From: Actinomycetes bacterium
GTDB taxonomy: Bacteria > Actinomycetota > Thermoleophilia > Gaiellales > F1-60-MAGs149
Direction: 5' to 3'
Assembly (NCBI GenBank): GCA_025360225.1
Contig: JANYCN010000034.1
Coordinates: forward strand, 34,063 to 98,062
DNA length: 64,000 nucleotides
The notes under the pieces were generated by a model. That model was not told the origin of the DNA and searched no databases. It was given only the letters and a program-made list of their open reading frames with translations. Below, in pieces: positions 51,681 to 59,291 of the stretch (positions are counted from its first letter, which is position 1; each line of letters starts with the position of its first letter). The position numbers were made by a program, and so were the translations under genes.

Positions 51681-51888
51681 GTCGTCGCATCTCCTCGGCG
51701 CATTGGGCAACTGCTCCTTCTCTTCTCGCGCGTGCGTTGTCTTGAACCGCACGGCGCGGCTCGTTTCGGGTGTGTTCGGGGCGGCCAGGACGCGTTCCGT
51801 GGCGGGCCTGAACGATCGGTTTCTCCGTCGTGGGGATAACGGAGGTCTCCGCTAACCTACATGGTTCTACCGGAAACTGTCGATGTTT

Positions 51889-51904
51889 ATGACAAAGTTG
51901 TCAT
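51889..51904. promoter_or_regulatory. Perfect palindrome ATGACAA-AG-TTGTCAT in the AT-richer leader/promoter region of the giant gene
   Basis: I read this directly from the sequence. It lies in the 259-nt gap between the HK stop (51940) and the ATG at 51680. It is flanked by related half-sites (TGTCGAT, CTGACATC) and by small hairpins at 51909-51926 and 51823-51844. Confidence 0.5.
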
Positions 51905-51939
51905 CAAGCTGACATCATAGCGTCAGATTGGCAGGATCG

Positions 51940-53055
51940 TCAGATCGCGCGGCGCGGCGCCTTGCCGCGGGCGCGCGCCGGCACGAAGCCGGGCAGCCGC
52001 ACGGTGACGCGCGTCCCCTCGCCGGCGGCGCTCGCGGCGGCGACGGTGCCGCCGTGCGCCTCGACGACGTCGCTGACGATCGCCAGACCGAGACCGGAGC
52101 CGCCCGTCTGGCGCGAGCGCGAGCGATCGCCGCGGTAGAAGCGATCGAACACGTGTGGAAGCGCCTCCGGCGGGATGCCGACGCCCGTGTCGGAGACGAC
52201 GATCACCAGGACGTCGCCGTCGGAGGAGGCGTCAACGGCGATCCGGTCGCCTGCGCTGGTGTAGCTGACGGCGTTCTCGAAGATGTTGTCGAGCGCCTGC
52301 GCGAGCGTGTTGCCGTCGCAGACCAGCGTGCCGTCAGCAGCGATCGCGACGTCCCAGACGCGGTCACCGACCGCGAGCCAGCGTTCCGCGATCGACTCGA
52401 GCAGCTCCTGCGCATCCGTCGGCGCGCGCTCGAGCGCGGCGGCTGCGTCGAGCCGGCCAACGAGCAGCAGGTCACCGACGAGCGACTCGATGCGCCGTAG
52501 CTCGTCGATGACGATCCGCTTCGCCTCCGACACGTCCGCGGCGCTCGGCGGCCCAGCGCGGCCGAGGATGTCGAGGTGGCCGTGCGCGATCGTCAGCGGC
52601 GTCATCAGGTCGTGCGTCACGTTCGCGAAGAACGCGCGCTCGCGCTCGAGCACCCGGCGGCGCTCCTCGGCAAGCTCCGTCACCTGCACGGCAGCCTTCT
52701 GGCGGCTGCGCACGTGCCACGCGGTCGAGAGGAACATCGAGATCATCATCGGCACCTCGACCAGCTCGGCGACCCCCTCACCGCCGCCGACGACGTTCAC
52801 GAGCGTCAGCCCGCCGGTCGTCACCGTCACGCCGACCGCGGAGACGACGACGCCGCGCGTCTGCCAGAGGCGCAGCCCGTAGACGATCGTCACCGCCGTG
52901 TAGATGAAGTGGAACGGGATCGGCGCGAGCGCCGCGTGCACCACCAGCATGCCGACGAGGCAGAGGGCGACGAACGCCGTCAGGAGCCACTCGGCGCGGT
53001 AGCCAACCGCCGCCCAGCGGATCAGCGAGCGGACCGCTCCGACGCCCTCCGTCAT
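51940..53055 (-). CDS. Sensor histidine kinase (membrane-embedded N-terminus, HisKA and HATPase_c domains)
   Basis: The H-box is FFANVTHDLMTPLTIAHGHLDIL. The G-boxes are DTGVGIP and GGSGLGLAIVSDVVEAHGG. About four hydrophobic helices are present and there is no large sensor domain. ATGA overlap with the response regulator. Confidence 0.9.
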   Translation of the reverse strand: MTEGVGAVRSLIRWAAVGYRAEWLLTAFVALCLVGMLVVHAALAPIPFHFIYTAVTIVYGLRLWQTRGVVVSAVGVTVTTGGLTLVNVVGGGEGVAELVEVPMMISMFLSTAWHVRSRQKAAVQVTELAEERRRVLERERAFFANVTHDLMTPLTIAHGHLDILGRAGPPSAADVSEAKRIVIDELRRIESLVGDLLLVGRLDAAAALERAPTDAQELLESIAERWLAVGDRVWDVAIAADGTLVCDGNTLAQALDNIFENAVSYTSAGDRIAVDASSDGDVLVIVVSDTGVGIPPEALPHVFDRFYRGDRSRSRQTGGSGLGLAIVSDVVEAHGGTVAAASAAGEGTRVTVRLPGFVPARARGKAPRRAI

Positions 53056-53714
53056 TCCGAGAGGCGGTAGCCGGCCGACCTGACCGTCTCGATGCGATCC
53101 TGGCCGATCTTCCCGCGCAGCCGACGCATCGACACGTCGACGACGTTCGTGTTCGGCTGGTGCGAGTAGCCCCAGACCGCGCTGAGCAGGCGCTGACGCG
53201 AGATCGTGCGCCCACGGTTGCGCATCAGGTACTCGAGCAGGCGGAACTCGAGGCCCGTCAACACGATCGGTCCCTCGCCACCGTCGACGCGGTGCGAGCG
53301 CGTGTCGAGCACGAGACCGCCAACCTGCAGCACCTCGGCGCCGGCGTCGGTCGCCGCACGGGCCCGCTGGTGGATGCGGATCCGTTCGACGAGCTCGTCA
53401 AAGGAGAACGGCTTCACCATGTAGTCGCAGGCGCCGCCCCGCAGACCCTCGAGCTTCGTCGCGATGTCGCGCCGCGCCGAGAGGATCAGCACCGACAGGT
53501 CCGGATACTCGACCTTCAGCCGCTCGAGCACCTCGAGACCGTTCATCCCGGGCAGAGCGAGGTCGAGGATGACGAACTCGATCTCGTTGCGCGAGACCCA
53601 GGCAAGCGCCGACTCGCCGTCCGACACCGCGTCCACGACGAAGCCCTCGGCCTGCAGGCCGCTCGTGAGAAACCGCGAGATCCGGGGCTCGTCTTCAACG
53701 ACGAGGATGCGCAT
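53052..53714 (-). CDS. OmpR-family response regulator
   Basis: The receiver domain is MRILVVEDEPRISRFL...VILDLALPGMNGLEVL. The C-terminal winged helix is LTGLEFRLLEYLMRNRGRTISRQRLL...VDVSMRRLRGKI. Confidence 0.9.
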   Translation of the reverse strand: MRILVVEDEPRISRFLTSGLQAEGFVVDAVSDGESALAWVSRNEIEFVILDLALPGMNGLEVLERLKVEYPDLSVLILSARRDIATKLEGLRGGACDYMVKPFSFDELVERIRIHQRARAATDAGAEVLQVGGLVLDTRSHRVDGGEGPIVLTGLEFRLLEYLMRNRGRTISRQRLLSAVWGYSHQPNTNVVDVSMRRLRGKIGQDRIETVRSAGYRLSE

Positions 53715-53726
53715 GGGTCGTTCCTC

Positions 53727-53751
53727 GGGGTGGGGGTTGGCGGTGGGGGGG
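53727..53751 (+). other. G-run tract (GGGGTGGGGGTTGGCGGTGGGGGGG), C-rich in the response-regulator 5' leader
   Basis: I read this directly from the sequence. It lies 13 nt upstream of the ATG at 53714 on the opposite strand. Confidence 0.6.
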
Positions 53752-53780
53752 TGCCGCCAGCTCAATCCTAACGGACGATC

Positions 53781-56700
53781 CTACGGTCCGATCGTCACCG
53801 TGACATCGATGGCGCTGATCGTCGTCACCTGGCACGGGTTGTTGTGGCCCGCGATCGTGTTGCAGGACGGCGCACCGCCGCCGCCGCTCCACACCAGCGG
53901 CAGGCCGGCGAACCCGCTGACGGTGAGGAACTCGTCGGCGTAGTGCGGAAACAGCCCGCTACACGGGCTCGTCGCCTGCGTGCAGCCAACGATCGTGTTC
54001 GTCGCGTCGGTCACCGAGCCGCTACCGATCACGTGGAGGGTGAGGGCGTGCAGCGCAAGGGTGAAGCTGACGTCGAGGGACGTGTCCGCGGTGGGCGTGA
54101 ACGTGCAGGTCAGGGCACCGGCGGCGCACGGGACTCCCATCCACGTCGCGACCTGCGAGTCAGCGGCCGGCGCAGCGAGCAGCGTGATCGACGAGCCCGC
54201 GCTGACGGAGGTGAAGCAGGTGCCCGGGCAGCTGATCCCACCGCTCGAGGAGACGGTGCCGGTGGCGACGTTCGTCGTCGTCAGCGAGCTGGTCGTGACG
54301 ACGACGGAGAAGCGCCGCAGGGCGAACACCGCGGTCACCGACGTGTCAGCCGTCAGCGTGAGCGCGCATGGCGTCGTCGACCCGGTGCAGCCGCCGACCC
54401 ACTGGGAGAACGTCGAGCTGGCGTCCGGCGTCTGCGTCAGCGACAGCGAGGAGCCGTACGGGTAGCTCGCCGAGCAGGTGCCCGGGCAGCTGATCTTGCC
54501 GTCCGTGCTCGCCACCGAGCCGCCCGACCCGGCGACACCGCCGGTGCCGACCGACAGCGTGACGTTCGCCGGCACGAACGAGGCCTGCACGGCGCGCGCC
54601 TGGTCGAGCAGCACCGTGCACGTCGTCAACGTCGCCGTGAGGCAGCCGCTGAAGCCGTGCGCCAGGGACGTCGCGTTCGGCACGGCGGTCAGCGTCACCG
54701 TCGTTCCCGCATCGAAGGCGCCGGTGCAGGTCGTCGTGCTGGTGCTGGTGCAGGTGACGCCAGGCGCCGGCGTCGCGCTGACGGAGCCGCCGCCCGGGCC
54801 GAGGATCGTCACCGTCAGCGGCGCCTGGATCTTCCAGGTGTAGGTTGCGGTCGCCGGCGTCGCACCGGTTCCGCCGGCAGCGCTGACCGCGAACGTGTGC
54901 TGGCCAAGGGCGAGCGCTGGAAGGGTGTAGCTCGCGGCCGGGCAGACGATCATCACACCATCGAGCTTGCAGGTGAACGGCGTCAGTGCCGGCGTGACGG
55001 TCCAGGCGAAGAAGCCGCCGATCGCCGTCGTCGGGTTGGCGGGCTTGAAGACGAAGGTGATGGTCGGGTCGACGATCACGGTCGTCGACGCCGGGCTCGA
55101 GACGGCGGTGGCGGTGGCGGCGACGACCGTGATCGTGTGCGTGCCGGAGGTTGGCAGCGCCGCCGTGTACGGGCTCGTGCACGCCGTCGCGGCGACGGCG
55201 TCGACCTGGCAGGTGACGCTCGTCGGTGGCGCACCGCCGAGCGTGAACACGACCGGGGCGCTCGTCGCCGTCTGGTGCGTCCCCGTTATCGGCGCGGTGA
55301 TCGTCACGGTCGGCACGGGCGGCAGCACGTTCCACAGCACATGGACGGTGACGGCGTTGCTCGGGGCGGCGCCGGTCGCAGTGATTTCCAGGTCCTGCGG
55401 GCCTTCGGCCAGCCCGCTCACCACGATCGGGCTCGCGCAGGACGCGCGCTGGGCCCTGTTCAGCTTGCAGGTCAGCGTCAGGCCGCTCGTTGGCGTCGTC
55501 GCGTAGGCGACCGAGGCCGTCGTCGCGATCGAGTCCACGGGCGGGGTGGTGATCGTCACCGTCGGGTCGACGATCCAGGTAGCGCTGGCCGTCGCCATGC
55601 CGGTGACGTTGCCGACGGAGACGGCGACCGCGTGCTGGCCGGCGCCGACGTTGACGTTGATCGGCGTGCTGCAGCTGGCGAGCGGCGCGCCATCGAGGGT
55701 GCAGCTCGTCGTCGCGACGAGGCCGCTCGCGGCCCAGGCAACGCTCATCGTCGTCGCCGTCGTGCGGGCCGGCACGACATTCGTGATCGCCACCGTCGGC
55801 GCCGGCGGATCCTGCTGCCAGGTCACGGTCTTGCTCACCGGCGTCGAGCCTGCGCCACCGGTCGCCGTCACCGTCACGGTGTGCTTCTGCGCGACCAGCT
55901 CCGAGTACGGCACCGGCGACGTGCACGGCGTCGACACGGAGCTGTCAATCGAGCAGAGGTACGTCACCTTGCCAGCAGGCGCCGCGGCGAACGTGATCGA
56001 GGCCGAGGTCGACGTCGTCGGGCTCGCCGGCGACGAGATCGTCAGCGCGTGCTGCACGATCCACGAGACGGTCGGGGTCTGGTTCGTGCCGCTGACGTTG
56101 CCGACGCTCACCAGGAACGCGTGCGTGCCAGACGCGAGGCCCGAGAGGTCAAACGGGCTCGTGCACGACGCCGTGACCGCGTCGAGCGTGCAGGTCTGCG
56201 TCGTCACGACGCCGCTCGTCGTCCAGGCGATCGTGCTGGCGGGCTGGCTCGTGATCGTCGCCGTGGGCGCCGGCGGATCCTGCTGCCAGGTCACGGTCTT
56301 GCTCACCGGCGTCGAGCCTGCGCCACCCGTTGCCGTCACCGTCAGGGCGTGCGCGCCGACGGCGAGGCCGGCCAGGCTCAGGGGGCTGGTGCACGACGCT
56401 TTGGCGCCGTTGTCCACCGTGCAGGTGGTCGGGGTCGCGACGGGCGTCGCCGTCCAGGCGATCGTCGCCGACGTCGCGACCGTCGGCGTCGGCGGCGCGG
56501 TGACGGTCAGGGTCGGGTCGAGGATCCAGGTCGCCGACGCCGCGTCGCCGCCGGTGATGTTCGCGACCGTGACGACGAACGCGTGCGTGCCGGCGGGGAC
56601 GGCATCGAGCTTGAGCGGCGAGGTGCAGGGCGTGAAGATCGTGCCGTCGAGCGTGCAGGTGCTGGTCGAGACGACGCCGGAAGCCGTCCAGGCGAGGCGC

Positions 56701-58583
56701 GCTGAGGTCTCCGTCGAGCGTGCGGCGGGCACCGTCGTGAACGCCACGGTGGGTGCCGGCGGGTCCTGGCGCCAGGTCGCCGTCGCGCTCGCATCGATCG
56801 TGCCGGCGCCGCCGGACGCGGTCACGCGCAGGGAGTGCTGGCCGAGGCCGGCGAGCGCGACGGGAGACGTGCACGGCGTGGAGGAGGAGGCGCCGTCGAG
56901 CGCGCAGAGCGTGGTCACGCCAGCGGCGGGCGTCGTCGTGAAGGTGACGCTCGGGCTGGCGTCGGTCGTCGGGTTCGCCGGGCCGCTGACCGTGAGCGTG
57001 GGGTCGACCGTCCAGCGCACCGAGAGCGGCAGAGCGGCGGTGCCGTCGTTGCCGTCGGCGGTGATCGCCAGCACGTGAGGCCCGGCGGCGAGGCCGCTCA
57101 GCGGGGCGCAGGAGCTCGGCAAGACGCCGTCGAGGGCGCACCTGGCGGCGCCGTTCGTCGTGAACGTGATGTCCGCCGTGTCCGCGGTGGTGTGCGCCGA
57201 TGGTGCCGCGGTGAGCGTGAGATAAGGCACCTGCGTCCACGCCGCCTGCGCGGTCGCCTGTGCGCCGTTCCCGCTGGCGGTGACGGTCACGAGGTGCTTG
57301 CCGGTCGCGAGCCCGCTGAACGTGCAGGCCGATGCATCGAGCGTGCACGTTATGTCAGCTCCGGCGCTCGCCGCCCATGCGATCACGACCGCCGTCGCGT
57401 CCGTCGTCGCCGGCGGCGTCACGGTGAACGAGACCGTTGGCTTGGCGAGGACCGTCCACGTGCTCGTGCTGGCGTGTGCCACGCCGCCCGGCCCGGCGAC
57501 CGTCACGGCGACGGCGTAGGAGCCGACCGCGAGGTCGGCGAGCGTCAGCGGCGCCGTGCAGGCTGCTGCGGCGGCGCCGTTCACGCTGCACGTCGCGCCG
57601 TCAACGACGCCGGTGGTCGTGAAGTCGATCGTCGCCGCGGTGAGCAGCGTCCCGCCGGAGGGCGCCGAGCTGATCGTCACGCTGGGCGCCGCGGGAACGC
57701 TCATCGCTGCTGAGCGACGCGCCAGCGATCCGCCGGGGCCGCTGACAGTGGCGCGGCACGCGAGGGCGTGCCCGGCGTCGGCGGCGGTCGTCGGGCGGGT
57801 CGCCGTGGTCGTCGCGTCGCGGGTTCCGTCCACCAGCCAGGCGTACGTCGTCGTGCGCACGCCGGCGAGCGCGTTCGTCTGACACCCGAGCGGCTGGTCG
57901 ACGTGCGCCTCGCCGGTGATCGTCGGTGCGGCCTGCGATGGGGCAGCGCTGGCGCGCGGCAGGGCGACGAGCGTCGGCTGGCCGCCGCGGATGACGAGGA
58001 GGAACACCGTCGTGGCGCCCGCGATCGGGTCAACGCCGGCCGCGGCGCCGCTCGACCCCCCGCGGGCGATCGCCAGGGGAAGCGGCACGCCATCGTCGCC
58101 GGGCGTGGCGGTGACGGTGGTCGCGTGGCCGGTCGTCAACGCGCGCTGCGGCGCGCCGGCAAGGGAGGCGGCCGCGCTCGGTGACGCGGGGAGCAGGTCG
58201 ACGATGATCGCCGTCGCGCTCGCCGGTGCGACGGACTCGCGGACGGCGAGCAGCTGGTAGCCGCGACCGCTCGGCGCGAGCACGACGGTCGTGCGCCCGC
58301 CCGCCGTGAGCGTGACGACGAGCCGCGCGAGACGCACGTGACGACGGTCGAGCGCAACGAGCGTGTGACGCCCGGCCGGGATCGACCAGGTCGGCGAGAC
58401 GCCGAGGGCCCGCGCGCCGGTCGGCTCGAGCTTGCCGTCAACCGTCAGGTCGACGCGGACGAGCGTCGAGACACCGCTCGCGAGGCGCAGCGAGGCCGGC
58501 GCTGCGGCAAGGGCGACTGCCGGCGCGACGGCGAGGAGCGCGCACACGCAGGCGAGAGCAAGGGACGTGCGACGGGGACGCAT
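53781..58583 (-). CDS. 1600-aa secreted surface protein: DUF4397-like N-terminus, more than 12 two-Cys Ig-like modules and C-terminal InlB-B-repeat-like modules
   Basis: The signal is MRPRRTSLALACVCALLAVAPAVALA. The reiterated modules read ...TC(T/S)LDG....C(T/S)SP..L.GLA.G.H...VTA.G. The C-terminal repeats read G.VS..P.G..C...C...F..G..VTLTA.P...S.F..W.G.C. Confidence 0.85.
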   Translation of the reverse strand: MRPRRTSLALACVCALLAVAPAVALAAAPASLRLASGVSTLVRVDLTVDGKLEPTGARALGVSPTWSIPAGRHTLVALDRRHVRLARLVVTLTAGGRTTVVLAPSGRGYQLLAVRESVAPASATAIIVDLLPASPSAAASLAGAPQRALTTGHATTVTATPGDDGVPLPLAIARGGSSGAAAGVDPIAGATTVFLLVIRGGQPTLVALPRASAAPSQAAPTITGEAHVDQPLGCQTNALAGVRTTTYAWLVDGTRDATTTATRPTTAADAGHALACRATVSGPGGSLARRSAAMSVPAAPSVTISSAPSGGTLLTAATIDFTTTGVVDGATCSVNGAAAAACTAPLTLADLAVGSYAVAVTVAGPGGVAHASTSTWTVLAKPTVSFTVTPPATTDATAVVIAWAASAGADITCTLDASACTFSGLATGKHLVTVTASGNGAQATAQAAWTQVPYLTLTAAPSAHTTADTADITFTTNGAARCALDGVLPSSCAPLSGLAAGPHVLAITADGNDGTAALPLSVRWTVDPTLTVSGPANPTTDASPSVTFTTTPAAGVTTLCALDGASSSTPCTSPVALAGLGQHSLRVTASGGAGTIDASATATWRQDPPAPTVAFTTVPAARSTETSARLAWTASGVVSTSTCTLDGTIFTPCTSPLKLDAVPAGTHAFVVTVANITGGDAASATWILDPTLTVTAPPTPTVATSATIAWTATPVATPTTCTVDNGAKASCTSPLSLAGLAVGAHALTVTATGGAGSTPVSKTVTWQQDPPAPTATITSQPASTIAWTTSGVVTTQTCTLDAVTASCTSPFDLSGLASGTHAFLVSVGNVSGTNQTPTVSWIVQHALTISSPASPTTSTSASITFAAAPAGKVTYLCSIDSSVSTPCTSPVPYSELVAQKHTVTVTATGGAGSTPVSKTVTWQQDPPAPTVAITNVVPARTTATTMSVAWAASGLVATTSCTLDGAPLASCSTPINVNVGAGQHAVAVSVGNVTGMATASATWIVDPTVTITTPPVDSIATTASVAYATTPTSGLTLTCKLNRAQRASCASPIVVSGLAEGPQDLEITATGAAPSNAVTVHVLWNVLPPVPTVTITAPITGTHQTATSAPVVFTLGGAPPTSVTCQVDAVAATACTSPYTAALPTSGTHTITVVAATATAVSSPASTTVIVDPTITFVFKPANPTTAIGGFFAWTVTPALTPFTCKLDGVMIVCPAASYTLPALALGQHTFAVSAAGGTGATPATATYTWKIQAPLTVTILGPGGGSVSATPAPGVTCTSTSTTTCTGAFDAGTTVTLTAVPNATSLAHGFSGCLTATLTTCTVLLDQARAVQASFVPANVTLSVGTGGVAGSGGSVASTDGKISCPGTCSASYPYGSSLSLTQTPDASSTFSQWVGGCTGSTTPCALTLTADTSVTAVFALRRFSVVVTTSSLTTTNVATGTVSSSGGISCPGTCFTSVSAGSSITLLAAPAADSQVATWMGVPCAAGALTCTFTPTADTSLDVSFTLALHALTLHVIGSGSVTDATNTIVGCTQATSPCSGLFPHYADEFLTVSGFAGLPLVWSGGGGAPSCNTIAGHNNPCQVTTISAIDVTVTIGP
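55801..55859. repeat. Intragenic perfect 59-bp direct repeat, copy 1
   Basis: gccggcggatcctgctgccaggtcacggtcttgctcaccggcgtcgagcctgcgccacc is identical to 56269-56327. It encodes GGAGSTPVSKTVTWQQDPPAP. Confidence 0.9.
56269..56327. repeat. Intragenic perfect 59-bp direct repeat, copy 2
   Basis: It is identical to 55801-55859 and offset by 468 nt (156 codons, in frame). Confidence 0.9.
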
Positions 58584-58659
58584 CCCCGCTAGGTTCGCAC
58601 GGGATCGTGAGAAAGTCCATAGCGAGCATGAACATCTCAGCGATTTCAGCAGCTTACGA

Positions 58660-58732
58660 CGCGCCCGGCAGGATTCGAACCTGCGACCTTGGGATTAGAA
58701 GCCCCCTGCTCTATCCCCTGAGCTACGGGCGC
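58660..58732 (-). tRNA. tRNA-Arg (anticodon UCU)
   Basis: The reverse complement GCGCCCGTAGCTCAGGGGATAGAGCAGGGGGCTTCTAATCCCAAGGTCGCAGGTTCGAATCCTGCCGGGCGCG folds as a cloverleaf. The anticodon loop is CTTCTAA and the T-loop is TTCGAAT. The anticodon stem has one G-A mismatch and one G-U pair. CCA is not encoded. Confidence 0.85.
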
Positions 58733-58749
58733 GTGCTAACCATCGTAGT

Positions 58750-59202
58750 GTGCCGAGACGCCCGCCGGTGATCGCCCTGCTCCTCCTCGCCACCGGTTGT
58801 GGCGTTGGCGACGGCTCGTCGTCCGCCGCGACGGCGCGCTGGATCGCCGGCGCCGACGCGATCTGCGCGCGGTACGGCGCCCGCGTCGCTGCCATACCGG
58901 CCGGCGTGCCGGCGGTGCGCCTGCCCGCGTTGCTCGCCGTCGCGCTGCCCGAGGTCGCCGAGGTGGCGCGGCTCCCGGTGCCCGACGGGGCGGACGCCAC
59001 CGCGATCCGGGCGGTGATCAGCGCGCGCGCGGACGCGGTCGCGGCGATCACGAAGGCAGCAGGCGAGGCGCTGCGCGGCACCGATCCCACCGCGACGCTG
59101 CGCCGGACGAAGGCGCTCTCCGACCACGCGAACGCCCTCGCGACGACCCTCGGCATGCACGTCTGCGGCCGGGCGCGGCAGGGCGCGACGAACTCGACGT
59201 AG
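58750..59202 (+). CDS. Putative lipoprotein of unknown function
   Basis: GTG start. The lipobox is LLLATGC. The rest is Ala-rich and helical. Length is 150 aa. Confidence 0.55.
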   Translation: MPRRPPVIALLLLATGCGVGDGSSSAATARWIAGADAICARYGARVAAIPAGVPAVRLPALLAVALPEVAEVARLPVPDGADATAIRAVISARADAVAAITKAAGEALRGTDPTATLRRTKALSDHANALATTLGMHVCGRARQGATNST

Positions 59203-59291
59203 GGAGCGGTGTCGCACGGTGCCCGGCCGGAGAGCGCACCGAGCTGCTCCCGGCATGCGCGGGAGCGCCGCCGCGCGCCGGCGGCCCGGTG

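Noticed and set aside
51681-51752. The upstream GTG at 51752 as the start of the giant gene (MRFKTTHAREEKEQLPNAPRRCDD...).
   Set aside because: It has no Shine-Dalgarno sequence, and the added 24 residues are highly charged and precede the obvious signal peptide. The ATG at 51680 has GAGGAG 10 nt upstream.
45945-51839. Very long ORFs on the strand opposite to the genes I call. Examples are the 1964-aa ORF at 45945..51839 (+), 53844..56705 (+), 36470..38995 (+), 40234..42180 (+), 18203..20743 (-), 16266..17669 (-), 346..1620 (-) and 5540..6745 (+).
   Set aside because: Their translations are Arg/Gly/Ala/Asp-rich low-complexity sequence with no family motifs. Each fully overlaps an ORF with clear domain signatures on the other strand. 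This is typical of shadow ORFs in stop-codon-poor GC-rich DNA.
29688-58732. The ~29-kb segment bounded by tRNA-Gly and tRNA-Arg, considered as a possible integrated genomic island.
   Set aside because: I saw no integrase, recombinase or transposase. I found no direct repeat of either tRNA 3' end. There is no visible shift in base composition or codon style, and the same GTGA-overlap gene organisation continues on both sides.
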